From a virus, in IMG/VR virus record IMGVR_UViG_3300044705_000115, positions 1 to 64,000 of that record: a DNA stretch of 64,000 bases. One strand, 5' to 3'. Below the pieces are notes generated by a model that worked only from the letters and a program-made list of their open reading frames with translations, was not told the origin of the DNA and did no database searches. Shown here piece by piece: positions 51,584 through 59,212 of the stretch. The first letter of the stretch is position 1; every line of letters begins with the position of its first letter. A program made the translations under genes and the position numbers.

Positions 51584-51805
51584 GGCGCCCGGCCGCTAGC
51601 CACACGGCGACCTCCGGCTTGACGGGGCGGGTCTCGGTACCGAGATACCCCGCACCGCACCGACGCTCTTTTGAAGCCCTCCCCGGACTACGGACGGGGG
51701 TTGGTGTTTCCCCGCACCGCCTCGAGGCAACTGCTGTCGGCCCTCCGTTGCCAGAGGCCGCAGCCGGATCAGTGAAGCTTCGTTGGCGTACTGAGCTACG
51801 GGCGC
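51584..51805 (-). ncRNA. 222-nt tRNA-scaffold RNA with 124-nt D-loop and 40-nt anticodon-loop expansions
   Basis: GCGCCCG/CGGGCGC acceptor, UA, GCUC/GAGC D stem, G26, UCGGU/GCCGG stem, AGGUC variable loop, GCCGU/GCGGC T stem with 7-nt loop; starts 2 nt after tRNA-Gly. Confidence 0.7.
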
Positions 51806-51807
51806 AG

Positions 51808-51880
51808 AGCGGTCGACGAGACTCGAACTCGCTACCTCCACCTTGGAAGGGTGGCGTCGCTCCTGTGCGACCTCGACCGC
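51808..51880 (-). tRNA. tRNA-Gly(TCC)
   Basis: GCGGTCG/CGACCGC, loop CTTCCAA, GTTCGAG. Confidence 0.88.
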
Positions 51881-51980
51881 GAGACGGCTCGCCGAGCCGC
51901 CGCGTCTTCGAGTCCGAGGAGGATTCGATGAGAGAGGCGACGGCTGCGGTCCGCCATGCGGCGAGACTACCAGCGCCGAG

Positions 51981-52802
51981 CTACAGCGGGTAGGCCCGGC
52001 TCCCGCCTTCCTTCTGGATCGGTGGCCGACTGCGAAGGCGGGCGGTCTTGCGCAGGCGTTTGGCCAGCGCGTAGGCGACGCCACCCCAGCGGTCGGTTCC
52101 CGGCGTCCCGAAAATCTCGGCTTCGCCCTGGGCCTGCCGCAGCGCTTTTGCGGGCACCACAGCCGTCAGCCGTTTCCACTGGGCGGGCGTGAGGTCGAGG
52201 TCGTAGTCGTCGCGCACGAGCAGGCCCAGCGCCCTGATCCAGTGCGAGGTATTGGCTTTCGGGTCCTCGCGCCAGTGCGTGTTCAGCGTCAGCGTGCGGC
52301 GGAGCTCGTCGGGGCCGAGCATCTGGTAGATGCCGTCGAGCGCGTTGACGGTTTCGATCCGGTGGTAGGGCTTGCCCTTGGAGAGTTTGCCGATCTCGAA
52401 GTTCAGCCCCTCTGTGATGGCCTTGATCTCGACGGCGACCGGCTCCTTCATCTTCACCCGCTCGAGGAAATGCTCCAGCGGCGAGACGCGCCGGCGGTCG
52501 CGGTCGATGGCGAGCTTCAGCGCCGCCTTTTCCTGAACGGAGCGAACCTCCGAGTGGACATCGCAGCGCCACTCCTTGACGCCGCGGGCTTTCCCCGCGA
52601 GGAAGCGATGGCGGCCGTCGATGATGCCGTACTTCGGGAAACCGTCCTTGCTCGGCAGCGGCGCCACCACCAGGACGACGACATAGGAGGGATTCCAGTT
52701 CTCGATCATCTGATCGACGCGCCGCTCCTCCAGCGTGTGGTCGATCTGGACGTCTGGGTCAGGGATCAACTGCTCGGTAGGGAGAACCCGCAACGAAGGC
52801 AT
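51981..52802 (-). CDS. ParB/Srx-like (DUF6551-like) protein
   Basis: DPDVQ..RV..M..NWNP, IIDGRHR, EKAALKL..RRRVSPLEHF. Confidence 0.75.
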   Translation of the reverse strand: MPSLRVLPTEQLIPDPDVQIDHTLEERRVDQMIENWNPSYVVVLVVAPLPSKDGFPKYGIIDGRHRFLAGKARGVKEWRCDVHSEVRSVQEKAALKLAIDRDRRRVSPLEHFLERVKMKEPVAVEIKAITEGLNFEIGKLSKGKPYHRIETVNALDGIYQMLGPDELRRTLTLNTHWREDPKANTSHWIRALGLLVRDDYDLDLTPAQWKRLTAVVPAKALRQAQGEAEIFGTPGTDRWGGVAYALAKRLRKTARLRSRPPIQKEGGSRAYPL

Positions 52803-52819
52803 CAGTTCTCTCCTCCTTT

Positions 52820-52842
52820 CTTGGTCGGGTTCCAGCGTTCTA
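52820..52842 (-). promoter_or_regulatory. -10 (TAGAAC) + CCGACCAAG leader variant
   Basis: CCGACCAAGAAAGGAGG. Confidence 0.55.
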
Positions 52843-52861
52843 GACGCTGCACCCGACGCAA

Positions 52862-52932
52862 TAGGGCGGCCCGGAATCGAACCGGGACCTACGGGTTATG
52901 AGCCCGGCGCTCTGCCGTTGAGCTACCGCCCA
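52862..52932 (-). tRNA. tRNA-Met(CAT), second initiator-like copy
   Basis: Loop CTCATAA, GGG/CCC pairs, U1:U72 mismatch. Confidence 0.88.
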
Positions 52933-52936
52933 GCGC

Positions 52937-53167
52937 TTATCGGCCGAAGCATTCGTCGAGCCGTCGGCGAACCCACCGCATCGCGTGCGTGTGGGCCGCA
53001 GAGCGCTGCTCGCGCTCTCCAAGCCGCACCGCCGAGTCCGCTGGCAAGCGCCTGCCCGTTGCCTCCTCTGCGACATCTAGAGCGCTGGCGCGGACGCTCA
53101 TGCCAAGCCCCCGCATACGCGAGAAGGCTGGCACCGGATAGCGGTAGTGGTCGGGGAAGTAGGTCAT
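52937..53167 (-). CDS. hypothetical protein
   Basis: AAGGAGG RBS. Confidence 0.55.
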   Translation of the reverse strand: MTYFPDHYRYPVPAFSRMRGLGMSVRASALDVAEEATGRRLPADSAVRLGEREQRSAAHTHAMRWVRRRLDECFGR

Positions 53168-53195
53168 GGCTCCTCCTTCGGTTTGGCGAACCGCA

Positions 53196-53693
53196 TCAGT
53201 GCGAGCGCGAGTGAACCGGGCATCCGTCGCGCAGGGCGGCTGCCAGCTCGGGCCGGATGTCGCTGCGCTGATGCGCCTCGAAGATGCGCGTGATCAGCCC
53301 CTCGTCAGCGAGCATCGCCGTGGCGCTGTCGGCACAGGTGCAAACCTCGCTCTCGCGCTCGTGCGGGTTCTTCCACGGCAGCGCCAGCCCATCGCCGAGA
53401 CGGCGCGGCAGGACATGGAAGTGGAGATGGCGAACAGTCTGTGTCGCCTCCTTGCCCTTGCTCGTGATGAGGTTGGCGGGGGTGCCGTAGCTGGCCGACC
53501 ATTCGGCTGCCCGCGCCGCGACCTTGCCGGTCACCAAGGGGTTCTCGGCGAAGTCCTCGACATGCACCCACGGGACGACGAGGACATGCCCTGCGGTCAC
53601 CTGGCGCAGCGGCTCGATGACGTAGCAGTCGCCGTAGTCCATCAGCACATCGCTCGGCCCCTCGTAGTCGCAGAACGGGCAGCCGTCTCTCAC
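53196..53693 (-). CDS. HIT-family nucleotide hydrolase
   Basis: CPFC, GHVLVVP..H, ATQTVRHLHFHVLPR histidine triad. Confidence 0.92.
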   Translation of the reverse strand: MRDGCPFCDYEGPSDVLMDYGDCYVIEPLRQVTAGHVLVVPWVHVEDFAENPLVTGKVAARAAEWSASYGTPANLITSKGKEATQTVRHLHFHVLPRRLGDGLALPWKNPHERESEVCTCADSATAMLADEGLITRIFEAHQRSDIRPELAAALRDGCPVHSRSH

Positions 53694-53821
53694 TTTCCCT
53701 CCTTGTCGAAGGCTTCAAGCTCTCGCCGAATCCTGGCCATCTCGACGAGGTCCTTGGCCTGGTTCATGCGGTCGATGATCTTTTGGCGTTCAGCGCGGCG
53801 CTGCGCCTTGGCGTCGCTCAT
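53690..53821 (-). CDS. small hypothetical protein
   Basis: ATGA/GTGA coupling. Confidence 0.55.
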   Translation of the reverse strand: MSDAKAQRRAERQKIIDRMNQAKDLVEMARIRRELEAFDKEGK

Positions 53822-54126
53822 CGAAGCAACGCTTCTTCCCACGGCTCCAGCGCGTAGGCCGCCGCAAGCTCTTTCGCCTGCTCCAAGGTGAAGCGATGGT
53901 GCCGCAGGAACTCGGCGTCTCGGCTCGCTGGCGGTTGTGGCTCGAGTACCCATCTGCCGTCGTCGCACAGCACGCGCCGCTGCCGTTCGATCTTCCATCG
54001 GTCGAGGTCAGCGATGCGGACGAAGCCATCTACGATGGCGCCACTGCGCTTGATCTCGGTGTAGTCGTATGGATGTCGCGGAAAGTCCGGCCCCTCGATG
54101 AGGTAGCCGCATACAACGAAGTCCAT
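53818..54126 (-). CDS. hypothetical protein
   Basis: W..EPQP.SRD.EFL..HRF.LE.A..LA; RBS in leader variant. Confidence 0.75.
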   Translation of the reverse strand: MDFVVCGYLIEGPDFPRHPYDYTEIKRSGAIVDGFVRIADLDRWKIERQRRVLCDDGRWVLEPQPPASRDAEFLRHHRFTLEQAKELAAAYALEPWEEALLR

Positions 54127-54239
54127 AGGCGCTCTCCTCTCCTCGGTCGTTGGACGAGAGGAAGCCTACCGGTAAAGAAGAGATACGGGAAACGATTGTC
54201 CGCGGCCCGCCCAGACACGGGCCGTCGGTCAACCGGAAC

Positions 54240-54416
54240 CTAGCGCGTGTGAATCCAGGCCGAGAGCGTTGCGATCCACTTGGCCGGATAGGCCCCGTGG
54301 CGGGCGAGCGGGTTTTCCGGCGTCCCTTCCTGGCCCGGCACTCGCCAGAACCAGTTGAAGAGCGGCACCCACGAGCCTTCTTCCTTTTCGACGATGAACT
54401 TCTCCTGCTTTGGCAT
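54240..54416 (-). CDS. small hypothetical protein
   Basis: MPKQEKFIVEKEEG... Confidence 0.55.
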   Translation of the reverse strand: MPKQEKFIVEKEEGSWVPLFNWFWRVPGQEGTPENPLARHGAYPAKWIATLSAWIHTR

Positions 54417-54453
54417 GGCGCCGATTGTCCGCGCCGCCTCGGACGCGAGCGTC

Positions 54454-54672
54454 CTAGCTACGAACCTGGCGCCACAGGTAGCGCCTCGCCGGGTACTCAA
54501 CCGGCTCGACGGTTCCGGTGTTCTGCCAGAGGCAGTAGAGGCATTTGCGGGTCGTCTGAATCGAGAGCATCGTCAGAGATGCGATGCGCTTGGTCGAGTA
54601 AGGGCCAGCGATCTCGTTGCGCTCCAACCCGCGAAGAGCGCTCCTGACTTCTCTCAGTGCTTTGGTCGTCAT
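54454..54672 (-). CDS. hypothetical protein (leaderless)
   Basis: ATG 7 nt after a consensus-like promoter. Confidence 0.55.
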   Translation of the reverse strand: MTTKALREVRSALRGLERNEIAGPYSTKRIASLTMLSIQTTRKCLYCLWQNTGTVEPVEYPARRYLWRQVRS

Positions 54673-54679
54673 GGCGATG

Positions 54680-54708
54680 ACGCTACGCACAACAAAAAAG
54701 GCTGGCAA
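54680..54708 (-). promoter_or_regulatory. SigA-type promoter TTGCCA-N17-TAGCGT
   Basis: -35 at 54703-54708, -10 at 54680-54685. Confidence 0.7.
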
Positions 54709-54880
54709 CCGGCCAGTGACTACCTACAGCGCAAGACGGAAGGCTCCGAGCCGCTGCCACCCGCGACGACTCGGAGCCCTTCCCACCGAAAGGAGAGGCC
54801 CAGCCGACCCCTCGACCGGCAAGCTGACGGCGCCCGGTCGATCAGCTTGGCGTCCCCCGTCGCCGCTAGCTTACTCAATC

Positions 54881-54943
54881 TGCGATCTGCGATTTGCGAA
54901 TTGCAAATTGCGATCCGCGATTCACGGTTCATGAATCGTGAAG
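54881..54943. repeat. degenerate 7-bp tandem repeat (TGCGATY)
   Basis: TGCGATC TGCGATT TGCGAAT TGCAAAT TGCGATC CGCGATT CACGGTT CATGAAT CGTGAAG. Confidence 0.75.
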
Positions 54944-55020
54944 AGTGGCTGCGCGGCGCGATGCGCTCGCCCGCAGGCGATGCCTCGCGCCGCGCTTGCC
55001 CGGCCGGAAACTGTGGGGGG

Positions 55021-55269
55021 CTAGCCGCCGGGCGGCGTCCAGCCCAGCTTCTCCCGCGCTCCCTCGTCGTGCGTGATGAAGTTGCCAGCCGATGCGCCAA
55101 GGTCGCGCAGGATGGTGCTGGCCTCTTCTGGGAAGCAGGCGCCCGCCCCGCCGAACCGTTTGTCGGCGCCGTCCCAGACGAACAGGACGAAGCTCACCTT
55201 GCCCTCTCGCGCGGCCCTCTCGCGCTCGGCCTTTTCGCTGGCTTCCTGCTCAGGGGTGAAGTCGGTCAT
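55021..55269 (-). CDS. hypothetical protein
   Basis: AGGAGG RBS. Confidence 0.65.
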   Translation of the reverse strand: MTDFTPEQEASEKAERERAAREGKVSFVLFVWDGADKRFGGAGACFPEEASTILRDLGASAGNFITHDEGAREKLGWTPPGG

Positions 55270-55278
55270 CGCTTCCTC

Positions 55279-56019
55279 CTACTTGTCCAAGATCACGGTG
55301 ATGGTGTTGACGGCGGTGCCGCTCGCCTTGAAGGAGTTCGCGGCGTTGGGGATGTGATAGCCGTGCTGCCCGACCAGATCGGCGAAGGCGATGTTCTTGC
55401 GGCGCTCCCCGGTCAACGCGCCGGCGCCCATGACCGACACCAGCTTGCCGCCCGGCGCGAGCAGCGAGAACGCCTTCGTCACATGGTCGATGTCCTGCTG
55501 GCGCTCGAAGGGCGGGTTCATCACCACGCGGTCGAAGAGCAACGGGAACTCCGCCGCCATGAAGTCCTCCACGAGCAGGTTGGGCAGGCTCAGATGCTCG
55601 GCGTGCTTGGGCTGAATCTCCACCGCCCACAGGTTCTCCGGCGCCACCCCCATCTGCAGCACCCGCTCGACTATCGCGCCGCGCCCGGCGGATGGCTCGA
55701 GGACGGTGTGGTTGGCGTGGACATCGGCGAGGTCGACGAGCAGATCGACCAGCCGCTCCGGCGTCGGGAAGTAGCCCATCTTGTCGATTGGCTCGACCTT
55801 GCCCTCGGCGAGCAGCGCTTCAAAGCGCTCGCGTGACTCCGGCTCGGTCAGCACATGGCCGCCCTTGCTGCGGTTCCACTTCGCGCCGATCGACTTCAGC
55901 ACTTTGTCCACGCGGACGTATTCATCGCGGTCGAGCTGGGTCTTCAAGACGAGCAGGTCGCCGTCGAGCTCAGCGTCGGCGAGGATCGTCAGAATGGCAG
56001 GGTCTACTGCGCGGGGCAC
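55279..56019 (-). CDS. N6-adenine-type SAM-dependent (DNA) methyltransferase
   Basis: YFPTP, VLEPSAGRGAI (motif I), VVMNPPF (motif IV). Confidence 0.9.
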   Translation of the reverse strand: MPRAVDPAILTILADAELDGDLLVLKTQLDRDEYVRVDKVLKSIGAKWNRSKGGHVLTEPESRERFEALLAEGKVEPIDKMGYFPTPERLVDLLVDLADVHANHTVLEPSAGRGAIVERVLQMGVAPENLWAVEIQPKHAEHLSLPNLLVEDFMAAEFPLLFDRVVMNPPFERQQDIDHVTKAFSLLAPGGKLVSVMGAGALTGERRKNIAFADLVGQHGYHIPNAANSFKASGTAVNTITVILDK

Positions 56020-56024
56020 GGCGC

Positions 56025-56050
56025 CTCCTTGGTCGGTTGGCGCCAGCCTA
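56025..56050 (-). promoter_or_regulatory. -10 (TAGGCT) + CCGACCAAGGAG leader motif
   Basis: Exact motif 56025-56036. Confidence 0.7.
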
Positions 56051-56055
56051 TCCGC

Positions 56056-56685
56056 TCAGAGGCCGAGCGGCGCCTTGAAGCCCCGCCACATCAGTTTCTC
56101 GCCCACGATGCGGAAGACGATGCCGGTGCGCAGCTCGATCAGGTCGGCGACCTCGGCGAGCCGGGAAGCGCCCAAGTCCTTCAGATGCACGGTGTAGAAC
56201 TTCTGATGGATCGTGTCGCGTGTGCCGAAGCGGTAGTAGCGCAGCGGGTCAGGCTCGTCTAGCTCTTCCTCTTCGACGCCCCAGGCGCCGTCGCGCTTGA
56301 GGATCTCGATCTGCTCCGGCGTCAGGTCTGCCATCGGGATTTCGTCCGGGCCGGGCGGCCTGTACTCAGAGCCGCCTTTCGCGTAAGCCCCTTCCTTTGC
56401 CTCGTAGCGCCCGCCGATGTAGGTGAGCCGGTCGGGGTCAGGACTCGCCACGTCGATGTAGACCTTGTGCGGCCAGCCGTACTTCCAGTCGGCGACCTCG
56501 AGGCGCTTCGCAGCGCCGGGTTCGCAGAGCTTCACGAAGGTCTCGGGATCGACCGAGCCGCAGTAGGAGCAGTAGCGGGCGCCGGGAATGACGAGCCAGC
56601 CATGATCGTCGCGCTCCTCCCAGACAGCGTCCGCAGTGAGGAAGGGGGACGAATCCGCGCGATGGACATTCGGCAGGTCGCTCAC
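56056..56685 (-). CDS. hypothetical protein (leaderless)
   Basis: CSYCGS..P, ADWKYGWPHKVYID, KFYTVHL; GTG 7 nt after TAGGGT. Confidence 0.75.
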   Translation of the reverse strand: MSDLPNVHRADSSPFLTADAVWEERDDHGWLVIPGARYCSYCGSVDPETFVKLCEPGAAKRLEVADWKYGWPHKVYIDVASPDPDRLTYIGGRYEAKEGAYAKGGSEYRPPGPDEIPMADLTPEQIEILKRDGAWGVEEEELDEPDPLRYYRFGTRDTIHQKFYTVHLKDLGASRLAEVADLIELRTGIVFRIVGEKLMWRGFKAPLGL

Positions 56686-56695
56686 GGGCCGCACC

Positions 56696-56929
56696 CTAGC
56701 TGTCCCAACGGCGCAGACAGGTGCTGCACACCGAGTCGATCTCGCTTCTCGTCGCACAGTCCGCGAAGATCACCATCGCTGGCACCTTCCGCAGGCCGCA
56801 GCACGCTACGGCTGGCTCTGAGCAACACGCCGCCTTGTCGCTGTCGCTGGCGATGTGCAGGACGGCGGATTTGCGGAAGCGCACGAGCGTCGGGCGCTCA
56901 GCGGTGGTGCTGCGGGCAGGCTCAGTCAC
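56696..56929 (-). CDS. Cys-rich hypothetical protein
   Basis: VLHI..ACCG..VCSTC. Confidence 0.5.
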   Translation of the reverse strand: MTEPARSTTAERPTLVRFRKSAVLHIASDSDKAACCSEPAVACCGLRKVPAMVIFADCATRSEIDSVCSTCLRRWDS

Positions 56930-57137
56930 GGATCGACTCGAAGCTACGCACCAGCACGGACGCCGCCTCCAACTCCCTCAGCGGCGGCACTGGCTCGCCC
57001 TCGGGCGGGAGGATCAGCAGATCCATCGTCGACCATTCGCCGAGCATCGGGGATTTCTGATGGAGGATCGCCAGCACTTCGGCCCGCGACATGTGGGTCG
57101 CGTAGCGGTTTCCGTTGACGGTGATGATCGTCGCCAT
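56922..57137 (-). CDS. hypothetical protein
   Basis: Coupled ORF. Confidence 0.6.
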   Translation of the reverse strand: MATIITVNGNRYATHMSRAEVLAILHQKSPMLGEWSTMDLLILPPEGEPVPPLRELEAASVLVRSFESIRD

Positions 57138-57562
57138 CAGGCTGGCGCCTTCTCGCGCTCGCGGTCACGGCGGTTGGCCTCGGCGACGATCTCGGCCATG
57201 CTCTTGTGTTCCTCGGCCGAGAGCGCCTGCAGGATCGCGTTCGTCCCCGCCCACAGCGGCGGTTCGCGCTTGCCTTCCTCGGCCCAGATGCGCTTGACGG
57301 TTTCGAGCATGTCGAGCGCCGCCCAGAGCGCTTCGGCGTCGAGGACGGGCGCCTGGCTCTCGCCCATGATGTCGGCCGCTTCGTTCAGCACCTTGGCCTC
57401 GCGCAGGCAGCCGGTGTAGGCGTCCGCCGCCGCGTCGAAGGTGTCCTGCAGGTCGAAGGGCAGCACCCGTGTCGCCCGCTGCGGCCCCAGCCATGAGAGC
57501 GCTTCGCCGTGGCGCTTGGCCCAGATTTCGGCCTTCGTCGCCTCCTCCCTGATCAGCCTCAC
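57137..57562 (-). CDS. hypothetical protein
   Basis: Coupled ORF. Confidence 0.65.
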   Translation of the reverse strand: MRLIREEATKAEIWAKRHGEALSWLGPQRATRVLPFDLQDTFDAAADAYTGCLREAKVLNEAADIMGESQAPVLDAEALWAALDMLETVKRIWAEEGKREPPLWAGTNAILQALSAEEHKSMAEIVAEANRRDREREKAPA

Positions 57563-57771
57563 CAGATCGCCCCCGCCGCGAGGATGACGCCGCAGATGAT
57601 CGACACGACGACCGCGTAGATCAGGATGCCGAGCGCCGTCACCAGCACCTTCTCGCGGACGCTGCCTTTCTTCGGCTCCCCGCCGGCGACGAGGCCGACG
57701 AGGATCACGAAGGCCATGACGAAGGCGACGAGGATCAGAGTCAGGGCGAGCCGCCCCAAGATGTCATCCAT
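57559..57771 (-). CDS. membrane protein (2 TM)
   Basis: Two hydrophobic helices. Confidence 0.65.
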   Translation of the reverse strand: MDDILGRLALTLILVAFVMAFVILVGLVAGGEPKKGSVREKVLVTALGILIYAVVVSIICGVILAAGAIW

Positions 57772-58006
57772 CCGTGACCGCCTTCTCGACGAACTTCGCG
57801 TAGCGCTTCGCCATCCCTAGCCCGACCGCTGCTGCCTCAAGGTCGAAGTCGATCTCGGCGGCGAGAACGCCCCAGTCGGTGAGCATCTGCGCCGCATCGA
57901 CCGCGTAGGGGTCCTCGATGGTCGCCTCCATGTCGCGTTCGAGCAGTTCCCTGACGATGCGCTCGGCGTCGGGCGATAGGTAGCGGCGGTGTTCGGGGGC
58001 GGGCAT
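57764..58006 (-). CDS. hypothetical protein
   Basis: GGAGG RBS, TGATG coupling. Confidence 0.6.
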   Translation of the reverse strand: MPAPEHRRYLSPDAERIVRELLERDMEATIEDPYAVDAAQMLTDWGVLAAEIDFDLEAAAVGLGMAKRYAKFVEKAVTDG

Positions 58007-58323
58007 CAGTCGCCTCCTCCGAACCCGAACACGGCGCGAGCCTTCGCTTCTGCTGCCTCCCGCTTGCCCTCGTAGGCGAGTTGCGCTCCGCTGAAAGCGA
58101 AGGTCGCCCAGATCCACGGGCCGAACAGCAGCACCGCGACGACGAGGCCCGCGATTTTCAGCGGCTTCGGCAACGCGAAGTAACGCTGCACCCACTTCGG
58201 CGCGTCCTTGGGCAGGAAGGTCGCCTTGTGAACCTCGTCGATGATCGGTTCGGCGACGATGCGGCCTGCCACCGACCACACCGCGATCAGCACCCAGACT
58301 GGCACCACGATCCTGCGCCTCAT
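58006..58323 (-). CDS. membrane protein
   Basis: MRRRIVVPVWVLIAVW...; two hydrophobic segments. Confidence 0.6.
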   Translation of the reverse strand: MRRRIVVPVWVLIAVWSVAGRIVAEPIIDEVHKATFLPKDAPKWVQRYFALPKPLKIAGLVVAVLLFGPWIWATFAFSGAQLAYEGKREAAEAKARAVFGFGGGD

Positions 58324-58538
58324 TCTTCTTCCCCTTCCAGGTCGAACGCCGAGTTGTCCTGACAGACCACGACGCTCGGCGTCCCGTAGCGGTCGGTCGA
58401 GATTTGCCTGACGCCGCCGTGGGCAGCGCAGGCGGCAGAGGCATCGGCCGCGTCGGGCGGTCGGTAGCCGCCCAAGCCGCCGCAACCGACCAGCGACCCT
58501 GCGAACGCGAGGGCGAGAACCAGCGCGAGCGGTCTCAT
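58320..58538 (-). CDS. small lipoprotein
   Basis: MRPLALVLALAFAGSLVGC lipobox. Confidence 0.65.
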   Translation of the reverse strand: MRPLALVLALAFAGSLVGCGGLGGYRPPDAADASAACAAHGGVRQISTDRYGTPSVVVCQDNSAFDLEGEEE

Positions 58539-58777
58539 ACGAAGTAGATGAGGACGGAGTTGTCGCGCTCGCCGACGGTCATCATGCCCTCGCGCTGCGC
58601 CTGCTGGTTGATGTCTTCCAGCCGCCCAATCTGACCGAGCATCGCCGGCACGGTGATTTCGATCTCCACCTTGTAGCTGCGCTCGCCCCCATGCGAGATG
58701 GACACCAGCCGAACGTCGCTGTCCGGGCAGTGGGACTCCAACACGCGAAGCAGGGGTTCTGCTTCTAGGTACTTCAA
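58535..58777 (-). CDS. hypothetical protein
   Basis: TTG start after the leader-motif RBS. Confidence 0.6.
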   Translation of the reverse strand: MKYLEAEPLLRVLESHCPDSDVRLVSISHGGERSYKVEIEITVPAMLGQIGRLEDINQQAQREGMMTVGERDNSVLIYFV

Positions 58778-58783
58778 CTGGTC

Positions 58784-58809
58784 CTCCTTGGTCGGTTCGG
58801 TGAAGACTA
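58784..58809 (-). promoter_or_regulatory. -10 (TAGTCT) + CCGACCAAGGAG leader motif
   Basis: Exact motif 58784-58795. Confidence 0.65.
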
Positions 58810-59006
58810 CCCGCTCGCCAGGGCGCTCGGGGCCGTAGTCGGGCGCCGCTCCCGCCGGGGCCACGGCCTGCCTCGAAGGTGGCCGAGCTTTCGTATGTCC
58901 CGGCGGCAGCGAACTCCGGCACTAGGCGGACTCAGGACATGCCGCACCCGCGACCCTTCCCCGTCCCTGTATCAACCGCCGGCGGGTAGGTCCGCGCTCG
59001 CCGAAC

Positions 59007-59039
59007 CTAGCCGCGCGTGAGGACGGCGTCGATCACCAG
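59007..59039 (-). repeat. displaced duplicate of the MuF gene 3' end (LVIDAVLTRG*)
   Basis: Matches 59213-59245 (LVIDAVLTRS*) with synonymous changes. Confidence 0.75.
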
Positions 59040-59203
59040 AACAGCCAGAAGGCGAAGCTGATCGAACCGCCCATGCACAGACCGCCTGCGGAATAGGCCG
59101 CATTTCGCGTCTCGGGGCCGAAGAACCAGACTGCGTTGCCGAGCAGCAGTAGGACGATGGCCAGTGTCAACAGGAGCCAACGTGGGACGACGATGTAAGT
59201 CAC
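59033..59203 (-). CDS. small 2-TM membrane protein (56 aa, not in track)
   Basis: MTYIVVPRWLLLTLAIVLLLLGNAVWFFG...SFAFWLFW; GTG 6 nt after TAGCCT. Confidence 0.6.
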   Translation of the reverse strand: MTYIVVPRWLLLTLAIVLLLLGNAVWFFGPETRNAAYSAGGLCMGGSISFAFWLFW

Positions 59204-59212
59204 GGCGGCAGG

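Noticed and set aside
51584-51805. tmRNA, or tRNA with a group I intron
   Set aside because: It has a full D stem, no G3:U70 alanine identity and no evident tag ORF; the insertions (124 and 40 nt) are too short and lack recognisable group I core elements
54673-54727. Fluoride riboswitch-like words (GGCGATGA...TGACTACCTAC) on the + strand
   Set aside because: The expected pairing is not formed, no downstream + strand gene exists, and the segment is explained by a minus-strand promoter and start codon
54355-55836. 493-aa plus-strand ORF spanning the non-coding gap
   Set aside because: Antisense to the methyltransferase and other genes, runs through the heptamer repeat, no recognisable domain
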